Shown here: positions 22,237 through 31,325 of the stretch, in pieces
Layout of the letters: each line of letters opens with the position of its first letter
Position numbering within the stretch: position 1 is the stretch's first letter
DNA from: Trypanosoma brucei
Taxonomy: Eukaryota
Direction of reading: 5' to 3'
DNA: 64,000 nucleotides
Assembly: GCA_000002445.1 (NCBI GenBank)
Contig: CP000070.1
Location: forward strand, 800,001-864,000
The notes under the pieces: generated by a model
Told to the model about the DNA's origin: nothing
Databases searched by the model: none
Seen by the model: only the letters and a program-made list of their open reading frames with translations
Made by a program: the position numbers and the translations under genes

Positions 22237-24003
22237 ATGCAGTGGAAAGAGGTATTAGATAGCGAAGATTCCATCGACAGCCCTGAGGCACCATTGCTTA
22301 GTGTCACCAGCGCCCTACTCGCATTTTCCACTGGTGAATTGCAGAGAGGTGAGGAAAGAACGCGCCACCTCGACGCTAGTGATGACTCCAACGGGGGGAC
22401 ACCGCGCTTCGACCATGAGGTGGCTGAAGGCGTCTGTTTTCTATTCACAAAAGAGGCAGGTGAAGATAACAAATTGACCTGCGGTGGGGGTGACCGCGTG
22501 GGTTGCTTCCACGATATGGAAAACCAACGCCTTCTAACAGACTTATGTCCCGGAAACGATGCAGTGGCAAGTGAATGCCAGATGGTCTGGAATGCGGGAA
22601 ATTGGGTTTCACCTTCTGGCGAGGTTGTGGATCAATCAGAGCGGTACCGTGCACTTCTGCCTCTTCAGTGGGGTGTGTGCAAGGACTCTTTCATCACATT
22701 ATCGCGGGACACAGTAACGGATAGTTTGGTGGTGATACATCGCCATCGCTACCCTCGCAGTGGACATGGATCAAATGGTGAGGAGTCACTGGGGCAGCTC
22801 CACATTCCCTTCTCTCAGCCCTGGAGAAGACGTGTGCGGAGTTTGCTAAGTCTCTCCCACACTAATTTGATGCCCGTGACCGATATCATAATGAACGAAG
22901 CAAAGCAGGAACTACTGCTTGTGCATCCGTATATGGATGGTGTGCAGCCCATTGCATCTGCGCTGCGATCGTATCCTCACCTAATATACCGCCCAATCAC
23001 GTCTCCAATGATGTGTAGCATTGTGCGTGGTTTAGTGGACGCGCTACTGTTTCTACACAAGCATGGCATAGTTCATGGTGCGCTTTCTCCGTGGACAGTG
23101 TTACTGACTACTGACAATCGCGCGCTAGTAGCGGGCCCTTCCCTTCAGAACACAACATGGCCCCTGGCCGATCTGGAATCGGTTGGTGGCAACTCGCTTC
23201 ACCCGTCCTTTCACGCACCTCTGGAAGAAAAAGATTCAATGGGGGGACATTGTTTGCCCACGGAGGCTGATGACACCTTCGCACTTGGGGTTCTCATGTT
23301 AGCCATGACTTGGGAGATGTGTGACCCTCTCTGTGTCGAATTGCACGAAAGGGCAGTGAAGTTGACGCACCGTTGCGTGGCGCATAGAATGACACTAATG
23401 GAGTTGAAGGCGAGTCTTGGGCCACTCGTTGACCCCCGAAACCAGCAAGAGAGGAAAGACCGGCAAGAGGAAGAGGGAGAGAAGTGTTCAAAAAGTTGTG
23501 GAGAGCACAACCCATTAAGTACTGTGGAGCTGGTGCCGAAACCGCAACCTCCCGTTGTCACGGGGATCCTACGTCGTACTGATTCCCCCGTTCTTTACAG
23601 AACGACGGGGCTGGATAAGTGGATGACGTCAAGGGCATCCAACATACAAAGAGTGCAGCGAGATGTCGTGGTTACGCTAAAGCCATATAACGAGGATAAG
23701 TTCGATGCTTTGTTGCGGTGGCGGGTTGTGTCCATCACCGTTTTATTTATTGTTTCGATCCGTCGTTCACTTCAGCGGGGCTGCGTGCCACTCAAGAAAA
23801 TATTTTATCACAGTAAAGAGACACCTCCGAGACCGGTGCCACGCCGCCTGCAGCAACACCGCATGACCGTCAGGCGTAGCCCCGTCTCTACCAGCCATGC
23901 GGACAGAACTCATTTACTGCTTCCAGCGCGGGTGCCGCTCACGCAAAATCCGCCACGTGGCGGTGCGCGGGAACGAGACGGAAACTCTTTGGAAGATGAT
24001 TGA
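22237..24003 (+). CDS. Protein-kinase-like protein with degenerate catalytic motifs (probable pseudokinase)
   Basis: First ATG at 22237 (the track start is a TTG). A kinase C-lobe-like segment LLFLHKHGIVHGALSPWTVLLTTDN resembles LH..GI.HRDLKP.NILL but carries HGA in place of HRD and S in place of the catalytic-loop K. No canonical Gly-loop or VAIK is recognisable. Confidence 0.5.
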   Translation: MQWKEVLDSEDSIDSPEAPLLSVTSALLAFSTGELQRGEERTRHLDASDDSNGGTPRFDHEVAEGVCFLFTKEAGEDNKLTCGGGDRVGCFHDMENQRLLTDLCPGNDAVASECQMVWNAGNWVSPSGEVVDQSERYRALLPLQWGVCKDSFITLSRDTVTDSLVVIHRHRYPRSGHGSNGEESLGQLHIPFSQPWRRRVRSLLSLSHTNLMPVTDIIMNEAKQELLLVHPYMDGVQPIASALRSYPHLIYRPITSPMMCSIVRGLVDALLFLHKHGIVHGALSPWTVLLTTDNRALVAGPSLQNTTWPLADLESVGGNSLHPSFHAPLEEKDSMGGHCLPTEADDTFALGVLMLAMTWEMCDPLCVELHERAVKLTHRCVAHRMTLMELKASLGPLVDPRNQQERKDRQEEEGEKCSKSCGEHNPLSTVELVPKPQPPVVTGILRRTDSPVLYRTTGLDKWMTSRASNIQRVQRDVVVTLKPYNEDKFDALLRWRVVSITVLFIVSIRRSLQRGCVPLKKIFYHSKETPPRPVPRRLQQHRMTVRRSPVSTSHADRTHLLLPARVPLTQNPPRGGARERDGNSLEDD

Positions 24004-24976
24004 TAGTCACAACGATGTTTCCCTCGAAGTGGGAAGGGGACACCAGGTGAGTGTCGCATCCCCAGTTGTGGATCGATACGTCGTCCCTTCTTTCCACACA
24101 AAATCAAGTGATAGCATTTCTGAATATAACTGCACCAAGCAAAGAGTTTTTTTATAAAAAATACACTCCCATGCACTTGTTATTGATGTAAGTTCGAAGA
24201 GCAATTACTGGCATTATTGTTATTATTTATTTATTCTTTTTTACTTCATACGTTGCTTGCTTTCACGTTTTTAATTTTTGTAGTGTGAGACTGCTACTTG
24301 GTTTGTTTGCGTGGGGGGGGAGCAGTTTGGTCTTCACATTCCGCACCAGTTAACTATGATGCGCCGTCTCTTCGGTAAGACAGTGCACTTCTAAGACAGG
24401 GTTTGGGAAATAAGTTCGCATTTACTCGTTTACTCGCCGCCCTCCTTTGATGCAGAAACGTGTGCATGAAAAAAAAAATACGGAGGTGTTTGGTTATCTT
24501 AATTGTCTTATTTCTTTGTGTTTCATCTGGCGATGCTGTGTGAAACAAATGGAAAGGCAATGAGTTGTTACCATTTCTCAACGTGGTTTTCATTTATTTT
24601 TTCTCATCTGGTTTTCTGTTGTTTTACACCTCTTCATTAAAAATGCTTTGGTGTTTTTCTTTCCATGGCTCCTCTATCCATATAGCACATATGTGGTGTC
24701 ATTTTGCTTATCGTTTCGAAGACGGCTGTGCTTTCTCTCCCGTTGTCGACGTGGAGAAGGGGGTACGACTTCATTACGTACATTTGCTATGTTTTACCTA
24801 AAGAGACTCTCCTAACCTTATTTTATTTGGATATATGTTTTTTCCATACTCTTCTCATCACACACTTATCCAGCGTGCGCCACAAGTGCACGTGGTTCTT
24901 TGTCTTTACGGTCCTCACACAGGGGTCTGTGATCACATTAGGCGGTTCTAGGAGCGAGAAAGCAAAAGGGGGAGAA

Positions 24977-26041
24977 ATGAAAAGCACGGTAACGATGGCA
25001 GCCTCTGTGCGATGCACGCACCGAATCCGTGCCCCGTTGGACCATCTCATCATGCGCCCTTCAGATATGGATCAGGTGGTGACATCTATCGGCACTACAG
25101 ACGCCGCTATCGTTACATGGTACATGCCACTGGCCAATCTTCAGCATATTCTTCATAGACGCTATGAGGCGGAGCAGTTTGGAGAAATTATCATTCCTCC
25201 CGTCACCACCCAAGATCCCACCACATCCGCCGATGAACAGAACAACAACCCTCTTGGCTTTGTTACGCTTGTTGCTGGGAGGAATTATCCGCAAAAGCAA
25301 ACGTGGCTTGAGCGCGTATTTGACCCCGCACCGCATTCGACACTGAGTCTCCGTGTGGCAGTGATGGACCGTGTCCACTGGCAGCGAACATCGTGGATGG
25401 CAAACTCGATCTGCCGCAGCATATGCTGGGGGCGCCTACCGCAAAAGATGTTCTCTATTAATTTAGACTGGAAAAATGCAGTCCATATCGACGCTGACTT
25501 CGATGTGGACGCGGACAGGTACAATGCACCATACAGTGTGCATGTACCGGGTTTGGGTTTCCAACTTACATTGCGCGATACCGGCCGCACTGTGCTCGAC
25601 CGCGAGACCCCTACGGTTGACGGGTTTTTAGATAATGAAAGTGCCCTACACCGTCTAGCACTCGCACGGGAGGTGAACATGCAGGGGTTAGGCGGTTGCG
25701 TGTACCGCCAAACGCTGTGGAGTGCACCGTCACTTCCCAACACAGCAAAGGTGATGCAATTTCAGCCGGGAGAATTGTTCAAGCGGTGTTTTGGAGTTGA
25801 TCCGCCGGCACACGTGGAGCCAGTGGCTGCGTGGCTTGTGCATGAGGTGGAGCAAACACTTGTGTACAAAATGGAAGGCGAGGTGGAGGATGAGAACGAG
25901 CCAAATAGTGCGACAACGTACGGTGACCGTTCTCTCACTGAGCGTGTGCAGAAAAAAGCAATGAACCGATACAATGGGTTCCGTGACGAGGTACGTGGCA
26001 AGGTGTATAGTGAACTGGATGGAAAGGAATTGCCGCGCTAG
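24977..26041 (+). CDS. Hypothetical protein (354 aa)
   Basis: Long ORF in the orientation of the transcription unit. The first ATG at 24977 is preceded by a pyrimidine-rich tract at 24800-24870; the track start at 24704 is a TTG. No recognisable motif. Confidence 0.45.
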   Translation: MKSTVTMAASVRCTHRIRAPLDHLIMRPSDMDQVVTSIGTTDAAIVTWYMPLANLQHILHRRYEAEQFGEIIIPPVTTQDPTTSADEQNNNPLGFVTLVAGRNYPQKQTWLERVFDPAPHSTLSLRVAVMDRVHWQRTSWMANSICRSICWGRLPQKMFSINLDWKNAVHIDADFDVDADRYNAPYSVHVPGLGFQLTLRDTGRTVLDRETPTVDGFLDNESALHRLALAREVNMQGLGGCVYRQTLWSAPSLPNTAKVMQFQPGELFKRCFGVDPPAHVEPVAAWLVHEVEQTLVYKMEGEVEDENEPNSATTYGDRSLTERVQKKAMNRYNGFRDEVRGKVYSELDGKELPR

Positions 26042-26400
26042 AAGCGCATATACGTCCATGAAATCCCCTCGCGCAGTACTGTCAAAAAAAAAAGTGGGTG
26101 GACAGATGACATCCACTTCACTTACATACTTAACCACGGTTGAACGTGATAAACATACCGCAACAATTCGTGGGTTACACTTGTTTTACGTAATAACACA
26201 TATCTGGTAATAGCTGGGTTTTGTATCGCCAACTTCCTTTCTTCCCTTTTTCTTCGTGATGAGGGATAGCTTCCTGGATGATGCCCAAATACGTGTGATT
26301 CTGCGCACCTTCAGTCCTTTTCGTTGCCGTTTATCCACGGTTGTTTTCCTTTTCTTTTCCTCTTTTTCCTTCTATGTTACTTCATTACAGGACGCTGGCG

Positions 26401-28248
26401 ATGGCGACCTCTCGCAAGCAGGTAGTTGGCAAATACGAACTGGGGAAGGTTTTGGCGTCAGGATACTTCGATTGCCGCACTCGTATCTGCACGCACATAG
26501 TGACAGGAGCGCAATACGTCGTACGGATATACAGTAAAAGTACTCTGGCGGAGGCGCAGTGGATGTGGGATCGCACTCGCGATGCCATCCACGTCATGCG
26601 TACGCTGCCAAAGCACGAAAATATTATTGAGATTTCAGAGCTATTTGAAACAGAATCCTCACTCTACATTCTTATGCAGCTGTTCGCACCGATGCATCTG
26701 ACGAAGATGTATACAACTGTAGGTGAATCGGGGCAACGTGAGAGAGTGCCCATACAAAGGACAAAGGCACTTTTCCTGCAAGTTGTGCGGGGTTTAAGAC
26801 ACATGCACGACTGTAGTGTGGTGCACTTGGGACTGGCACCAGACCACGTCATGGTGAATGACAGGGACCATGTGAAAATTGGCAATCTCGTCTCTTGTAA
26901 ATATGTCCCAAAAGGAACGAAGTTGTGCCGTGACATTCGTGGCACAATGCACACCGTAGCGCCGGAGGTATTACGCAACGGGGAGTATGATCCTTATCTT
27001 GCGGACTCGTGGTCCATGGGCGTATTACTCTACTTCATGTTACACAATGGACGCTACCCGCACGATGGGGCAAATACAACGAAAAATATTTTATACAATA
27101 GGATCCGCCCACCTGATCCAAAGCTACCAGCAGAGGCGCTGAACCTATTGCAGCAGCTGCTGAGCCACAATCCCGGTTCTCGAATGCGTGTGGAACAAAT
27201 TGCGGATCACCCATTCTTTGCGACAGAACATAAAGATGTCGATACAGGTAGAACGGAGCAACAAGCAGCCAGATATACTGGCGTGGTGCCGAATTTATGG
27301 GCTAGCAGGACTGCGCATATCCCAGTAGTGCTAAGGGCGCCACTTAAGGAGCGAGTTCAGTACAGTGGTAACCGAGAGGACGCAGCCGCTTACCTGATAC
27401 AAATGTGTTATAAGGCATTCAGAGGCCGCAAACGGCGCTTTAGTGACCGCTTTTTGAGCACTCAACCACGTGGATCTATAAACCGCAGCCGCAGTCAAGT
27501 GGTTGAAGTGGTATGCCCCTCTTCACGATCGCGCCGAAGGAAGAATTACCAAACTCCGCACGGTGATACAGAGGCAGCCTTCGGACAGGAGCGAACGCAC
27601 CTCAGCTCGCAACACTATCAGCAACGATGGAGCGCAGTAACAAACACAGAAATGCAGCAAGGGGAACTGGGAAGCCGGACAAGCTCAATCAACAGTGGGT
27701 TCGCAAAATGTGGAGAAGGGCCTGCAGACCCGGCCGAAGGGAGCTCTTTTTTTGGGTTTAGCGGAAGCGAGTCAGAAGGTAGTCCAATGAACGCCACACA
27801 GGGATCCCATTTCAATTTTTCTTTGAAGTCGGGAAATTTGCCTCTGACCTTGCCACCACTCAGACGACAAGGAGGTCCCTGCAAGCTCGGCTGTGACCCT
27901 ACACTCGATGCTCCTGTTGGCACCCCTCCCAACAGTACTTTCGACGGACCCGATAACGCTTCCCCCACAACCGCATCCGTTTGCAACGAAGTGGTCCGTG
28001 CCGCATCATTCCGATTGCGAGTTCCCTCGATGCTTCACTTGAAGGCTGCTGAGGCATTTTCTCGGGACCTCGATCTTAGGGGCCCCGGTTTCACTCATTT
28101 CAACACGCGAGTTGACCCCGGGAGGCGTTGCCCGGTGTGCGACAGGCCCCCCGCGCAACGAATGAATCGTAAACAACCGTACCTGAACACACCATATGAG
28201 TACAAGGAGGGGAAATTTACCATTAAAACTGTTGCGGACTCTGATTAA
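26401..28248 (+). CDS. CAMK/AMPK-like pseudokinase with IQ-like motif and S/G/P-rich C-terminal tail
   Basis: Kinase-fold order is preserved but the key residues are altered. The Gly-loop is LASGYFD, VAIK becomes VVRIY, HRDLKPEN becomes HLGLAPDH, and DFG becomes IGN. The APE motif is retained and the domain ends with ..DHPFF. An IQ-like motif follows (AAYLIQMCYKAFRGRKRRF). A pyrimidine tract and AG lie just upstream of the ATG at 26401; the track start at 26341 is a TTG and 26374 is an alternative ATG. Confidence 0.7.
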   Translation: MATSRKQVVGKYELGKVLASGYFDCRTRICTHIVTGAQYVVRIYSKSTLAEAQWMWDRTRDAIHVMRTLPKHENIIEISELFETESSLYILMQLFAPMHLTKMYTTVGESGQRERVPIQRTKALFLQVVRGLRHMHDCSVVHLGLAPDHVMVNDRDHVKIGNLVSCKYVPKGTKLCRDIRGTMHTVAPEVLRNGEYDPYLADSWSMGVLLYFMLHNGRYPHDGANTTKNILYNRIRPPDPKLPAEALNLLQQLLSHNPGSRMRVEQIADHPFFATEHKDVDTGRTEQQAARYTGVVPNLWASRTAHIPVVLRAPLKERVQYSGNREDAAAYLIQMCYKAFRGRKRRFSDRFLSTQPRGSINRSRSQVVEVVCPSSRSRRRKNYQTPHGDTEAAFGQERTHLSSQHYQQRWSAVTNTEMQQGELGSRTSSINSGFAKCGEGPADPAEGSSFFGFSGSESEGSPMNATQGSHFNFSLKSGNLPLTLPPLRRQGGPCKLGCDPTLDAPVGTPPNSTFDGPDNASPTTASVCNEVVRAASFRLRVPSMLHLKAAEAFSRDLDLRGPGFTHFNTRVDPGRRCPVCDRPPAQRMNRKQPYLNTPYEYKEGKFTIKTVADSD

Positions 28249-28976
28249 AATAGGAGTTGCAGACGGTGCACGTTTATTTGTGAATGTAAGACGCATGACG
28301 GTGCAATGCACGTCAATCTAACCAATAGCGAGTGGCGGATGCCGAGAAGAATGAAGGAGAACATGTTGTTGATGAGGGAATGCGTGTTTGCACACTCGCG
28401 TGCATGTGCCCTTTTCCCTTCCCCTGTCTTTCACACTTCATTTCTACTCTTTTCTCAAAAAAAAAAGGGGGGGTGATGGGGAGTGGAGGAAAATGTTGTG
28501 AATCATACTTTTGTACATTTAGATGTAGACGACGAGTTTTACCTTCACGCCGGCCACACTCATTGAGGGCGCGCGGTGGTTCGTCTGCCGGGTGTTTGGG
28601 GGCTAGTTCCGCCCTGTGCCTATTTTCATCCACATTCGAGATCCTTCCCTGCCCCCTCATTTCGAGTCTTGACTGTACTTACCGTCTTTCACTATGGTCA
28701 GTGAATTCCTCCCATTATGCGTATTTTTACCTCCAACATGTATTTAGATTTGTCCCCCTCCTTCTTTTTTTTTCTTTTTCTCCCCCTCTCGTTCGCTCAC
28801 GAGTGAAGGAAGGGACAAGTAAACCCCGTGGGCACAGGGTAGATACCTGCGCGCTAGCGCACTGAACTGTAAGGTAGAAAACAAGCGGCACTGTCGCTCA
28901 CTCACCCCTTCGCCCCGCTGTGGTCAGATAGAGTTGGACACATAGGCCAATAAACGCAAAGCAAGGCACGCAACCA

Positions 28977-29501
28977 ATGGCGTTTAATCGCTCTCTTATC
29001 GTCACCCTTTTCTTCACACTCTGCGACCTTATTCTGCTTTGCATCCTACCAATCTACAGTCACGGTCTTTCCGGTCACATCCTTGTAGCACTTCATGTGG
29101 GCACTTTGGTCGTTCTTGCCTCCATGATGAGCCTGTTCACCCTTCGAACCTCCTTCCTTGTCGAAGGGCGGTCCAGTAAAGCCTTGTTCCCACAGCGCGT
29201 GACCGGTCCTCTGTGGTTGCTTCATGTTGTGCTTACTCCGGCACCACTAGTGTATAAAGAATTCATAATGCCGTGGGTATACACATCGGTGGAAAGTGCA
29301 CCCCGGGCGTGGGCGGACTCCGCTTACATCACGCTTTCCGTGCTCAACATAACCACGTACGTGGCTTTCAGTGTGTCGCTGCTTTACTTTATTTTCTTCA
29401 TAGCGGAAAGACGGCTTTACAAATTTCATTGCCACATCAGCCGCACCGGAACGGCAACTGACAATGCGACGGTGGCGCTCAATTGCAATCCACTGGAATG
29501 A
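28977..29501 (+). CDS. Small hydrophobic (about 4 predicted TM) hypothetical membrane protein
   Basis: 174-aa ORF starting at ATG 28977 with several 20-residue hydrophobic stretches. A C/T-rich tract lies upstream at 28740-28800. No homology recognised, so coding status is uncertain. Confidence 0.35.
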   Translation: MAFNRSLIVTLFFTLCDLILLCILPIYSHGLSGHILVALHVGTLVVLASMMSLFTLRTSFLVEGRSSKALFPQRVTGPLWLLHVVLTPAPLVYKEFIMPWVYTSVESAPRAWADSAYITLSVLNITTYVAFSVSLLYFIFFIAERRLYKFHCHISRTGTATDNATVALNCNPLE

Positions 29502-30240
29502 CTCAGTGGAAAAAGGGGGGGAGGTCTTTTGGCCATGGGGAGTCTGAAACGGGGCAGGGCGTCGGCTTCATTTCTCAACACCGAGTTACGGGGGCCCTTG
29601 TCAAAGCACAACGGCATCAGTTGGGTGCGACCTCGCTGTTACGAAGCTTGTAACGGGGGAAAGGGGCGACCCAAGGGCAAATTTCGCGATGGGAGGTATT
29701 GCATGATTTAGGGGGAGGAAGGTTCGCTCGCAATGGGGTGCTATTTCACCCTGTTCGGCCCGATGTGAAGGAACAAACAAACCCCTTTTCTTGCACATGA
29801 GGTGCGGTAACTCAGAGGAAAACAAAGCGAGATTAATTTCTGGTGCGTTGTTGCACCCATTTCCGTCTACGCAAAAGCAGGCGGCCCTCGAGGTGAGGGG
29901 GGGGGGCAACACATCCCACTTTGCTACCGCGCCATTTGGTGTACAAATATGCCCTTCTGTAACGTTCCTGTTCCTAGCGGTGGTTCGCAATGTTTTTCCC
30001 CACCGAGTTCTAACGGTTCAGTGCCTTCAACTGTCCTGGCTCCTCACCTACCTTCCACCTTTGACACCGCGGAAACCTGTCTCGTGAAGTCCCGCTTGTC
30101 GGCACCATAACCCCTGCAATACCGAGTTCCCGTGTACCAAGGATGCTTTGTTTTTCTTTTTCTAAAAAAAAAAAGTAAAGGAAAATAACACGAGCGTGTT
30201 TGGTACCCGTTCGCGTCTCTAAGCGGGGACGGGGGCGGAA

Positions 30241-30861
30241 ATGCGAGCTGAAAAGGTGACAGTATCGCCCGCTGGTGAAGGTGCCGCGCCCCTATTTGTG
30301 TTCGGTTACGGCTCCATACTGTGGAAGCAGCAGTTCGAGTACCTCCGCGCGTTGCCATGCTGCGTTCATGGCTACAAGAGGGTTTTCTATCAGGGCAGTA
30401 CGGACCACCGTGGCGTCCCCGCCAGGCCAGGCCGCGTTGTAACACTTCTCACGTGTGGCGACCCGGAGGCATGGGTGGGTGGGGTCGCGTTTGAGCTCCC
30501 GGTAGAGGAGGAGAAGCGGGAGAAAATCCTTGCCCAACTTGACGACCGCGAGAGTGGGGGCTATGAGCGGGAGGAGGTGACACTCTATGACATCAAAACG
30601 CACGAAAGGCTTCATTTGCCGCCCGGTGCCGTATGTTTATGTTATAGAGCAACTGAAGACAATCCTGAATACCTGGGGGAGGCAAAAGATGAAGCTATCG
30701 CCGAACAGATTTTGAGCTGTGAAGGATTGAGTGGACCGAACTCGGAATATTTGTTTAAGCTTGCTGAGGCACTTCGTAAACTGGAGAGTGCTGACCAACA
30801 TGTATTTGCAGTCGAGACCGCGGCTCTCCACATCATGAAGGCGCAAAATGTTCCCGAGTGA
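30241..30861 (+). CDS. ChaC: ChaC-family gamma-glutamylcyclotransferase (glutathione-specific)
   Basis: Carries the FGYGSILWK, GYKRVFYQGSTDHRGVPARPGRVVTLL and GGVAFELP...E..GGYEREEV motifs characteristic of ChaC/ChaC2. Confidence 0.85.
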   Translation: MRAEKVTVSPAGEGAAPLFVFGYGSILWKQQFEYLRALPCCVHGYKRVFYQGSTDHRGVPARPGRVVTLLTCGDPEAWVGGVAFELPVEEEKREKILAQLDDRESGGYEREEVTLYDIKTHERLHLPPGAVCLCYRATEDNPEYLGEAKDEAIAEQILSCEGLSGPNSEYLFKLAEALRKLESADQHVFAVETAALHIMKAQNVPE

Positions 30862-31325
30862 AGCAAAGCGTGGAACGGGGGACGAGCAAAACCAAGGTAC
30901 GCAAACGCCACCGTCGAATGCCTCTGTTAACACCAATTAGACTTCTTCATGAACCCCTGCGCAAGGGTGCGCGCATCTGCCTCGCCGAAGACGCGCCTGC
31001 AACAGTTTTATCAATGAATCGATTCCTTCTTTCCTTCTATTAATTTACTTGTCTACTTTATCATACGCATGTTGTAACGATCATTTCTTTACTCCCCCAG
31101 CAGGCATCTGCTTAACCTTTCACATTCCAATAATTCCCCCCTTTCGTTTAATGGAGACTCGCAACTCTCACCCGTGGGGTAACACGTAACGGCATTCAGG
31201 GGGATGCAAAGAGGAAAACTTGTTCCGTATTAACGATGGTGTGCAATATTCTCCCCCATTATTTCAACTGAATAAAAAAAAGGAAAGGAGAGGCCCCGCA
31301 CTTCTCGGTGCCGTGTCACACCACG

